The position numbers were made by a program, and so were the translations under genes. 62,858 bases of DNA from a virus (Duplodnaviria > Caudoviricetes). Of this stretch, positions 36,159 through 47,400 are shown one piece after another; the first letter of the stretch is position 1; the number at the start of each line of letters is the position of its first letter. The stretch spans positions 1-62,858 of the IMG/VR virus record IMGVR_UViG_3300031974_002723. The stretch is one strand, 5' to 3'. The notes beneath the pieces are model-generated. The model ran no database searches. It saw only the letters and a program-made list of their open reading frames with translations, and was not told where the DNA came from.

Positions 36159-37079
36159 ATGCCAGCACCAGCTATACTTCCTTTTCTTCCCCTTATTGGT
36201 CAGGCCGTTGGGCAGGGCATAAGGGCTATTGGTGGTGCCAGAAGGGCCAAGGCTGAAGAAGGGTTTTACAAAGACCTTCAAACTTCTGGTGAGCAGCAAG
36301 CAAAAGAACTGACTCAAAAAAGAGAAGGGCTCTACGAGGTGGGCCCTACGATGCGTAAGTATCTGCAGTACGCTATGCAGGACCCAGCTGCAGATCTAGA
36401 GCGACAAGAAGCCCAGCGTCAGTCTGGAATGGCCGTTGGAGCTCTGAAGGCAGGTGGTGCTAGGGCGATCCTTGGCGGTCTCGGAGCGCAGCAGCAGCAA
36501 GCAGCAACGAACATGGCTCGAATCGCTGCTGACGAGCAGGCAAGAAAAACTGGGGCTCTGTCTACTTATGGACGGGTTGAGGAGAATCTTAGGGGTAGGC
36601 AGTTGTCTGACGTCGGGGCTGACCTTGATACGGCAAGAGAGCAAGCCGCTTCTGGCTTGAGGGGGGCATTCATGGCGGACCAATACAGAAGAAGCATGGG
36701 TACTGAGGCTCTCGCTGGACTGGCTGGTCTTGCAGGGCAGGCTGCTGGAATGGGTGCGTTTGGAGACGGAACTGGAGGCGGATCTGCCGCAGAAAACTTC
36801 AATAACGCTGACCCCGCAACTCAGGCTTGGTTTATGGACCCTGAAAATCAGGCTATGCTTAATGCGGCTAGGTTCGCGTTTGAAAGAGGAGGTAAAGTGA
36901 AGAAGACCCCTGGTGAGTTCTCTCACGCTACCAATCCAATCAGCGTCATGAAGGACGGAGCTAAGATCGGGGAGCTGACTGGAGGTGAATACGTCCTGAA
37001 TCCTGAGCAGGCCAAGGCGATTGCCAAGCAAAGCGACATCGCCCGCAGGTTGTTTAAGAAGTTTGATAGAGAAGCCTGA
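36159..37079 (+). CDS. Internal virion / ejection protein
   Basis: Gly/Ala/Gln-rich with hydrophobic segments; C-terminal GGEYVLNP. Confidence 0.6.
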   Translation: MPAPAILPFLPLIGQAVGQGIRAIGGARRAKAEEGFYKDLQTSGEQQAKELTQKREGLYEVGPTMRKYLQYAMQDPAADLERQEAQRQSGMAVGALKAGGARAILGGLGAQQQQAATNMARIAADEQARKTGALSTYGRVEENLRGRQLSDVGADLDTAREQAASGLRGAFMADQYRRSMGTEALAGLAGLAGQAAGMGAFGDGTGGGSAAENFNNADPATQAWFMDPENQAMLNAARFAFERGGKVKKTPGEFSHATNPISVMKDGAKIGELTGGEYVLNPEQAKAIAKQSDIARRLFKKFDREA

Positions 37080-38371
37080 TGCTATACGGAGCCATAGACG
37101 TAACGCCAACAAGGAAGGCCCCAGACTACTTCGGTAAAGTCACGGAGGACCTGAAGGCAATGCAGTTTGCCCAGGAGGCCGAGAAGAAAGTCAAAGAGGC
37201 TACTGAAAAAGCATCTAAGGCGGCCATGGGTGACCCAACGGAGGCCAGCCTCCTGACCACGTGGGATGCTCACGGTGGTGCCGCTCAGCAAGCTGCAGAG
37301 CAGCTCATGGGCATGAAAGACGACTTGATGAAGACTGAGGAGGGAAGGGCTCAATGGCAGACCTACCTCAATGAGCTTGATCAATTCATAAAATACGCAG
37401 AACAAGACTACAAGGTCACAAGCCCTATTGCTCAGAATAACATGAACAATATCATGAGCGGCCTTGAATACGAAGGTCGCATGCACGACACTCGTGGTAT
37501 TGGTGAGTACGAGAGTATGATGGATGATGATGACAATCGGAATCGGTATACTGTTCGCTTTGAAGGCGGCCATATGGTTGTCGATGATGGAACTGAAGCC
37601 ATGCGCGTGAACGACCCTAGGCTCTTCCAGCTTAACCGTTATGACGCGAAGTTGGAAAGGCTCCCCCCTCTCGATCCAGATGTCTTCTACAGAAATAAGG
37701 TTCCTAATAGGCAGAGCATTCAAACCTCTGAACAGGCAAAACAGGCTGTAAGAGATCAGATCAGCATGAACAACAGGAATCTTGAGGATGCTGTTGAATG
37801 GTGGGTTAGAAACACCGACGAAGGCAAGAATTCTGGTATGTCTGCGAAAGAAGTCATCAGCGATAACCAAGGACTGCTTTCGGACGCATTGGATGCTTAT
37901 GTCAACGCATCTGTAGAGAATTGGGCCAAGACAGACATATCAAGTAAAAGCAAGAAGCCCACTGCAGAAAGCCTCAGGAATACTGCATTTAACGACAGTC
38001 TTGACGATATAGGCTTATCTCAAAAAGACGATATTTTTGTTGATCCAGAGACTGGAGATCAAGCATACGATGCTATCAATGTTGCCGATTACAGCTTCCC
38101 AGGTGAATACAATCCAACTATTGACACGTCCTCTTTTCCAGAAGAATCTAGGATAGAAGACGAAGACGGCCTTCCAGTCCAAATCCAGGGGACCAATATA
38201 ATAATGACCCGTGGGCAAATTCCTGTTTTGGTGGGGTCGAATATTACTGAGCCTGTTGAGCTTGTCGGACCTGTAGAGACTAGTGTTAAAAGACAGATAG
38301 ACAGGATATACGGAGACGGTAGCTACGAAAAAATAATCACTAAGCTGACAGATCAGGCTTACAGTGACTAA
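37079..38371 (+). CDS. Putative internal virion protein
   Basis: 430 aa between two ejection-like genes. Confidence 0.55.
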   Translation: MLYGAIDVTPTRKAPDYFGKVTEDLKAMQFAQEAEKKVKEATEKASKAAMGDPTEASLLTTWDAHGGAAQQAAEQLMGMKDDLMKTEEGRAQWQTYLNELDQFIKYAEQDYKVTSPIAQNNMNNIMSGLEYEGRMHDTRGIGEYESMMDDDDNRNRYTVRFEGGHMVVDDGTEAMRVNDPRLFQLNRYDAKLERLPPLDPDVFYRNKVPNRQSIQTSEQAKQAVRDQISMNNRNLEDAVEWWVRNTDEGKNSGMSAKEVISDNQGLLSDALDAYVNASVENWAKTDISSKSKKPTAESLRNTAFNDSLDDIGLSQKDDIFVDPETGDQAYDAINVADYSFPGEYNPTIDTSSFPEESRIEDEDGLPVQIQGTNIIMTRGQIPVLVGSNITEPVELVGPVETSVKRQIDRIYGDGSYEKIITKLTDQAYSD

Positions 38372-38410
38372 CGCCCTATTTCATTATCTTTGTTTGATTA
38401 AGCAGAGGTA

Positions 38411-41400
38411 ATGGAAGAAGATTACAATCAGGTAATAGAAAGACTTAGGTCTCGCGGAAAGACTGACGACTTCATTGTAAATACCCTGGTTTATGACCCT
38501 AGGTATGGGGTTGATCGAGCCAGAGCGAAAGTTTTGGTTGGAGTTTTCGATAAAAAAAAAGACTCGCAAGAAATCACTGGCATTTCGGCTTCACAGCCTT
38601 CGGGTATCGCTTTGGACTCTTCTTTGGAAGAGGGCCAGAAAGTTGAGGCTGCATATGCCAATCCTAGCATAGACGAAACCAAGCTCGACCCTGCGCTCAG
38701 CCAGTGGCGTAGCTACCACCTCGCGACGGGCATGACTCCTGGAGACAGGGATGTCAACATGTACGACGAGGAAGACATGAGGATGTCATACGTTACTGAC
38801 GCTGTAGACTGGTCGATAAGTAACGGTAAGTTTGAAGAAGGGATTACCAGAGAAGATATCCTTGGAAACAACAAGGACAAGAAGTTCGACCCTGAGAAAG
38901 CCACTATTGCTAAGGAGGCGTTTGACGATTTCTGGTCTAACGTTCCTGATGAGGTAAAAGAATATCAGGCAGACGAAGAACAGATTAAGCAGAGAGTTGC
39001 GGCGTCTAGATCCCTCTCTATTATCAAGGAGTACTCAAAGAGGATGGAGCAAGACTTTAAGTCTGCTCACAACGAGCTTATGGCCTCTAACAAGGAGTAC
39101 AAGGATAAGGTAGAGCACTTTCAGAAAAGGGCAGCGAAAGGAGAGATCTCTGAGATAGACGCTACCAAGGAGATAAACAGGTACTTCAACATATACTCCT
39201 CGGATTTCTTCAAGGACAGGCTCGATGCATATAGAGACGAGATCATAAGCTCTCTACCTGAGGAGATGGCCAACGACAATGACTTCCTTGAGGATCTGTC
39301 TGAGGACATTTACGACAGGACCAACGGTCAGATGAAGCTGAACCTGGACAGGGATGGGGTATACAACGAAGATACTTGGGGTATCACGTCCATGTTCTAC
39401 GGCATGGCCGCAAATACGATGGATCTGTTGGCTGGACCTTTGTCATACGTGGGTAGTTCAAACGCTCCGTTCTTTGGGTACGATAGTATGGAGGACATGG
39501 GCCTTGATATCTACGGAACATTTAAAGAAGCGAGCAACAAGCTCAGAGGAGAGCAGAGAGAATACTCTGACCTGTTCGAAGATGATTGGAGGGGGTGGAA
39601 TGTGTTCAACAAGCTGGGACATCTTGGATTGGAACTTGTTGATTCTGGCGGAGAGATGGTCCCGTACCTTTTTGCAGGTAGCCTTCCTGGCGCATTGTTC
39701 TTGACGGGAACAATGAACACGTACATTGACAGCAAGTACCAAGACAGAGACAAAATAGAGAGGGGATTTGCCCCTGTTTTTGGATACAATGAAGTAGGCG
39801 GAGAGGCTGCAAGGCTAATAATGTCTCTTTCTGTTGGTGCTGTACAAGAGTACTCTAAAGGCATATTGCAAAGGGTTGGCGGTAGATTTTTAGGCAAAGG
39901 AACTGCCGCTGCATCTGATAGGTACATCTCTAAACTTCTCGGCGGAACTGCTGGGGAAGTGACCAAGGGACGTGCTTTCTCGGCGTACCTTCTTGGTCAA
40001 GGAGTTGACGCTCTCAAAGAAGGTGGACAGGAAGTCATTGAGAACGCGATACAGAGAGCGGCTGAGGTGGGGCTTGGAAACAGCGATCTCACCATGTCTG
40101 AGTTCTTGGCTGAATCACAGATGTCCTTTGTTGAGGGTGTTAAAGGAACCGTAGGTATTGCTGGTGGCGGTGCTGTACTGAATAGAAAAGGTGCCCTTCA
40201 GTCTGGTGAGAGGATTCTCGGTATTGACTCAAGCATTCTGACTGGACCTGCGGCAGCTACAAATTCCATCGCAGACCCTAGTTCAGTAGACGCTGAGGAA
40301 GGATCTGACGCTCCAGTCCTGTCGAACATTGACAGAGAAACTTACGGGAAGACCCCTGAGGAGATTAGGAAACACAAGCTGAAAAACGAGGAGAGATACA
40401 GAGTCATCAAGCTTCGTCACCCGCAGTCTTTTGAGAGTATTCAGAAGATGGACGAAAGGCTGATGGTTCTTGCCCATACAGCAGAAGCGATATACGCAAA
40501 GGCAGAAGACAGAAATGTACTCGACCCGAAAGAAGTGGAGAGACTGGAGGCTGCTCAAAGGGAGTTCAAGTCTCTCATTGAGGCACGCCACAGGCTGTTT
40601 ACTTCATTTGATAATGAGCCTACTGCCCTTACTGAAGCTGAAGCCATTGCCGTTGAGAGGGCTCATGTCGCAAAAGCGATGAATGAGATGGACCTCGACA
40701 TCAGGCAGACAAGGGAGGAGATGCAGAAGATGAAGGAAGAGGAAGGAACCCTCTTCTATGATGCCGATGCATACGCAGAAGCAGAAAACAGACTCGAAAG
40801 TCTGAAGAGACGTCAGGCCACTGCAAGGAAACTCATCGGGGAACTGGAGGTCGCCCACAAAGCGGACGCTGAGGCCAGAGCCCAAAGCAACATCAAGACA
40901 AAAGATGGTAGGGACCCTATAGCTGAGAGGACTTCTGACGCTGTTCTTTCTGCTCAGAACTCCCTTCTTGATTTCATGGGGATCAAGAATCAAGAGTTCG
41001 ACCCTGAAGCTCCTGCTCAAACCTCTTCTACGTGGTCGGCTGAAACCCAATCTAAAAATCACTACGAAGACGAAGCGAGCAAGGGTAGTACTTACACTTT
41101 GGACGGGGTCAACCAAGCTGGAAAGCCCAAGGCAAGCGTCAGCATATTTAATGAGAGGAGCGAGGTTGTCGATGGTGAGATGACCCAAGAGGAGATGACT
41201 CAGAAGCTCCAAGAGTTCTACGAGAATAACAAGGATATTCTGGAGGGCAACGAAGACATCTTGGCGATCGGCACCTTCTACGACGCTGAAAGCGGAAAGA
41301 CCTATATCGACATCTCTTCTGTTCTGGATAAGGACATTGCAGCTAGACTCGGAAAAGAGTACAATCAGATCTCAGTGTGGGATTTGGAGCTGATGAAAGA

Positions 41401-44400
41401 GATCAAGACTGGCGGTGACGGGACGGTTAAAGGCAAGATGAAGCCTGAAGCCGACAGGATTGCTGACATCAGGAATATCTTGGAGGAAGAGACCCAGCGT
41501 CAAAAAGAATCTCAAGTCGAGGCCGAAGGCGCTGAAGCTACGAACCAGGCCGTCGACACGGAGTCTGCTCGCGCTGATCGTGGAATCAGGGGTCAGTACA
41601 AGGACTACGGCGCCAATAAAGATGGAAGTGTTGGGGTCGTGGCAGAAGGCCCGTTGACCAGGCAGATGGCAAAATGGATTAACTCCAGGCTGCCTAGAAC
41701 CATTAAGAATATCCTTGGGGAGGGCAAGAAACTGACCATTAGGGTTCACAATACGGCTGAGTCTGGACACTTCTCGAATGGTAAGGGAGATGGCGAGATC
41801 AACGGATACTACGTTGAAGTAAACGGAAAGGACATCACGATTCACGTCAACCCTGAGTACATATCAAAGAAGATGGACAAGACTGGCAAGACTCTGGAGG
41901 CGGTTATGCTTGAGGAGTTGCAGCACGTGATGATCGGGCCTGTCCTCAATAAGATATACTTGGAGAACCCAGCCTTGGCTCAAAAAATGCTGGCCGAGAT
42001 GTTCGAGCTTGCTAAGCTCCATCCTGACGGAAAGCTTGTGGAGCAGATCAAGCAGAAGGAAAAGGATTACAAGGCATACTACAAGGGTTTTGATAAAGAC
42101 GGGAAGCCGCTCGATAAGGACTTGACGGATGAGCAAAGGGCTATTGTTTTTGAAGAAATGGTCCTTGAACTCACTTCTGAGCTTGGTTTGGTTTGGGATG
42201 GAGTCAACCCAGAGCAGAAGAAGTCTTTCTTCGACAAGCTCAGGGTCTGGTTCAACAAAGTGTTCCAGGCGGCTGGAGCTAACGAGTTTGTAATCAAGGA
42301 TGTAACCAGCGTAGAGCAGCTCGTTGAAGCCATGGCTGCTATTCATAGCAGAGGTGCAGGGGTATCACTTGACGCGAGAGTAAAGAACAGACTCAACAAC
42401 AACGAGCGCGGTGCGTACTCAAAGGCCAGACCCGTGAGGGTTCAGTCTCTTCCAGACGAAGGTTCATTTACGGTAAGGTTTATGATGCCGAGATACGGCA
42501 GGGGCTCAACCGAGATGTCTGGAGTGTACACAGAATCTGTTCTTGCTTCTATGGATTTCAACGGGAAGTGGCACTTCGTAAACTGGTGGAAGACGGCTAC
42601 TAGGATGGGCCAAGACCGCCACGGAGGATGGGAGATAAAAATGGAGGGTGAAACGGAGTTCAAGCCGCTTGATGCAGATGCAATGAAGCGGTGGAAGATG
42701 AGCCCTCCGAGGCGCAAAATGACTTACACCGAGCAAGTAGCACAAGAGTCTCGAAGAAAGCAAGAAGAAGCCTCTTCCATCAGGGAGCTCCAGGATGAGT
42801 TTGCGGAAGGAAAGGACACCTACGAAAAGCAAAAGCATAGAGACAGGGCCATTCTGAAGGCCGCCGAGGAGGTGTTTGGCGAAGAAGAAGTCCAGAACAG
42901 AATGGAAGAGAGCAACAGGGGTGGCAAGTATTTCTCTACTACCAAGTACACCTCTGAAGAGCTGACTCAGATCCGATTGAAGCTGGAGGAGAACTACGGG
43001 TTGAGAAAGCCTGAAGATGGAGACGATGTGATGGTTGAGCGTGCGAGCGGAAGCTTTTACGTGAACGATATGAGGAGGCGCCAGAATCAAACCAATCAAG
43101 AAAGGTTGGATGAGATGGAAGAGGCGGCCAAGAGAATTGTGTGTGGAGGAGTAGCCTTTAACTGTCCCATTGGTAATGAAGCGTTGGCAAGGCTGGACAT
43201 GATGAGGATTGTGTCTGAGTCATTGTATGGCAAGGATCCGACGCCAGAAAACATGGCTCAGGGACTCGCTACTCTTGCTGAATGGTCTCACTTGAAGCGA
43301 CTGGAAAGAACTGGAAGAGACATCAGAACTATCGACGAGGAAATCAAGTCTGTCTTCGATCAGGTCTCGGACTTTGTTGAGGAGATTCACCCGCCGTCCA
43401 TGCTTCCTGCTAATCACAGGGATCACTTTGGCGTGTTCGTCGCAATCTTGGCCGCTACGTCTAACGGGGTGTACTCACCCAACAACGTTCGTGTAGCGAT
43501 TCTGATTTACGACAAGTACCTCTCTGGAATTGCAGGGGGAAGGCTTCCTTCTAAGGCTCTCGACGGTGAGTACATAAAGAAGATTAGAGAGGCAAACCCA
43601 GATGTTCTGGTCGACAAGGATGACATAAATAAGCAGAGGGCTGGAAGCATAGCCAACGCGCTTCAAGGGATACTGGCAGACGCAGACGATTACTACGACC
43701 CTAAGACTGGAAGGTTTGACTCCGAGAAAATGGCTAAGCGCTACGGAACAAAGAGACGTGGAAAGCCTGGGCCAGGAGGTAGAAGCATACTTGGAATCGA
43801 CGCAGAGAAGACTGGGGAGCACGCTGCAGGTATGATGGGGTATGGTAAGCACGCACACCTCGCAAATGAAAAACACAACAGGAGGGTTCACCATGCACTC
43901 CAAGGGAAACTGGCCCTCCCTGTTGAAGACCTGGTGATATCACAAGATGCGATAAAGGCAGCCGAGTCTCTTGCGGAGCTTCATGAAGTGACCGATGCAG
44001 AGATAAACGCACAGCTTAAAAAATTCAACAAAGCAGAAGGTGGCCCCCTTACCGAGTCGGATCACGGATGGAATGATCCAGCTGTTCGTGCTATTGCCGC
44101 AATGTATGCCATAAGGAATCGCAAGCCAGGGACAAAGATTTATAGGGATGCATCTTCTATGTTGCACACCCTTCTCAAGAGGTCCAGTGCTTATGACGGA
44201 GGTAGCTCACGGCTTGATGTGGATGAAACCAAAACTAGGCTAGTGCAAGAAAAGGCCGCCAATGAGCTGAACAAAAGATTCCATAATGACGGTGTCGATG
44301 CGGAGTTTACTGCATACCATGTCCAGCAGCTGATGTTCGAAACCATGACGGCTGAGATGGCCGCATATAAAGAGGGTGAACTGAAAGACTACTCATACGC

Positions 44401-47400
44401 GGCTGTACTGGACGAGGCTATCCAAAGCATGAGGGACGGCAATGAAGGGCTTGATGCTGATATGGGGGCAAGTGAGATGGTGACCGCTCTAGACAACATG
44501 GGGAATATCACCAGAGAGCGTGCTCAGATGTCCTTTGACTTCCCGTCAACTGGAAGGGTTGACAATGAGGTTCTTGCCCACGACCATCCTCTGTACAGAA
44601 ACAGGGAGATGAAGGATGTCGGAATGGTCAAGCAAGGAGACAGCTTCGTTGTTATGTCTGACGCACTGGTTAGCGAGGCCCTCCAGTCTGACAAGAGGTC
44701 CATGCAGATCATGGATGAAAACAACCCTGTCGAGAAGGGACAGAAGGTTGCGATTAGGCTGAACCTGAACGTAAAGAAGAATACTGGCGTTCCTGTTCAA
44801 ACGGTTCACGACAAGACTGCCACTGGAAAGGCTCTCAGGTACTCTGGCGCAGTCACCTTGAGGAATGTCGAACTTGCTGTAAATCAAGACGCTAGAGAGA
44901 AGATTGTCACCTTCCAAGAGAACAAGTTCCCTATGGCCGCAGTGCAGGGTGAATACGTTTCTGAAGGAGTGGAGTCAAGTCAGCTTGACGGAGTGAAGGC
45001 TGTGTTCAATCCGTTCAGGGAGCACCTGTTCGTTGACGCTTCGGGCAGGGCCATTAAGTCTGCTGAAGAAGCGACCGTGATTGGTAACACTGTTGTCCTT
45101 CGTGGTAAGATCGAATACTTTAAGATGGATGACCCGATCCTTCAGAGGGGTAAGGTTGAAAGCGACAAGGGTAAGGCTAGGCGTATCCTTCGCGGAGATA
45201 AGTACGAGAAGCAACTCAAGAGGTTCCAGGCTTACGCAGAGGGCGCTCTGGGCATGACGTTCAATAACAGGGCTGAGCTCGAAGCCGCGTATGACAGCAT
45301 GCAGGTTGGTTCTAAGGTTGCATTGTCTGAGTCTGATGTGGCTGAAAACATGGAAGTCGCCAGAGAGCGGGCCAGTATCGGTGGATTCATCAAGCAAGGC
45401 AAGATGAGGCAGACGGCACGTAAGCAGGCTGGGTCCTTCTTGAGCACCACGAGGGAGGCCATCATCGCGAACCCTGAGAACTACATCGCGCCTCAGAGCA
45501 TCAAGAAGATCAAGTCTGAGCTTGAGGACATGACGGACCAAGAACTGGTTCAACACCTTACCGACGAATCTGTTGGTAGGTTGTCTGAGAGAAACGACGA
45601 CATCGGAGTTCTCGCTGGTGCCGAGATGATCAGGCGCGCCATTGCTAGAGGCGAAGTAGACAGAATCCCCGCCATTGTTGCGGAACTGGCTGCAATCGGA
45701 ACCACGGCAGGTAGAATCCTTCGTCACTTCAGGGAGCTCAAGGCCAGCACCCCAAAGGGTCTGGCATCGATCATCGAGTCTGCTGTAACCAATAACGGAA
45801 ACCAACTTTCTGACGCTCAAAAGGCTGAGCTCAAGCAGATTACAGAGCAACTCTTCGTGGAGCAGTCAAAGGTTGAAGACCTCACGAGAAGGGCTGTGGC
45901 AGGAGAGAAGGTGGATGCAGAGCTTGAGGCGGCCATAGACGCCATGAAGGACACTGAAAGAAAGCTGGATACGTTCACCACCAAGTACGTTGAGAAAGGA
46001 TGGGGTACGTTGTTCGGTCAGTTGGTTCAGGGTAACCTCCTCACCACCATTTCTCAGATGTTCAACATCGGGGCTAACATGGTGAACGCTGTCGGCTATG
46101 TGGCCGTTGACCTCGTGTCCCTCCCGTTCGAGGCCGCTATGATGAAGATCGGAAAGGCCATGGGTAAGAACATTGAGGATCGCCGCAAGGCCAGCCTCAT
46201 GGCTTATATGTACGGGTTCAGAAAGTTCGGAAGAGGATTTATTGAGGCGGCGGACCAAGTGATTACTGGTCAAGACAGGGAGCTTTCTGAGTGGAGAATG
46301 GCGAGAGGACTGGCACCGTTCAGGTCGTTGAAGGCGGCATTCGAAAAGGATCTGCCCCTTGGTCCTGACGGAAAAGGTAGTCTGTCTCAGAGGTCTAAGC
46401 TGTTTGTGCAGGGTACGTTCGGTATCCCCGCAGAGGTGATGTTCAGGCTCTTGTCTCTTGGTGACGTTCCGTTCAGGAGGTTCGCTGAGGGTGTTGATTT
46501 GTACCAGTCGGCCAAGTCCATGGGTCTGGAGGGCGAGGCGTTGCAACGCTACCTCAAGTACCCAAGCAAGAGAGACTTGCAGAGGGCGCAAAGAGAGGGC
46601 AGGAAGCTGACGTTCCAGGAAGAGACGGCGGCTAGTAAGAACGTAAACAACGTTCTCTCATCCCTTGAGGGTATCGTGGCAAGAGGTCTTGATTCAATCG
46701 GCATTAACGGACAGGAGTTCGCTAAGGCCCTGTTCAAGACCATGCTCCCGTACCGCTCCACCCCTGCAAACATTCTGTACGAGACGTTCACGTGGGTTAA
46801 CCCTTACGTGGGTACGATCAGGATGGCTACCCAGCTCAGGAATGGCGACGTTGAGGAGAGCTCCAAGACTCTCGCTAAGATGATGCTTGGTGCGGTCACC
46901 ATGGAGGCGGCCCTCATGCTTATCTCTGAAGGCGTCATCTCTGGCCCTGTCATGTGGGATGAAGATGAGGAGAAGAACATGGCGTATGACGTGTTCCCTC
47001 CGAGCAGCATCAACATCTCTGCGCTTCGCAGGTTGGTCAACGGAGAGGACCCAGCTCATCAGGCTGACGACTACTTCTTCAAGTACGATAAGCTTGGAAT
47101 GTTCGGGGCGATCATGTCCACCGCAGTCCAGAGTACTGACCCTGAGAAGCTCAAGCAGAGAGACTACAGCTCTCCGATTCAGTTTGCTTCGAACACAGTG
47201 TCCGACTTCTTCGGTGCGGGTTCGTTCTCTGCTATCTCCGCGATGATGGAGCAGAGCTTTGTGCAGGGATTGAACGGGTTCATCAAAGTCCTGATCGGAG
47301 ACAACGTCGAGCGGGACCTGGAGAACTTCCTGACCACGATGTTCAAGGCGGGCAGCGCAGCAGTTCTCCCGAACCAGCTTAACGCATTCTACAGGGCTGA

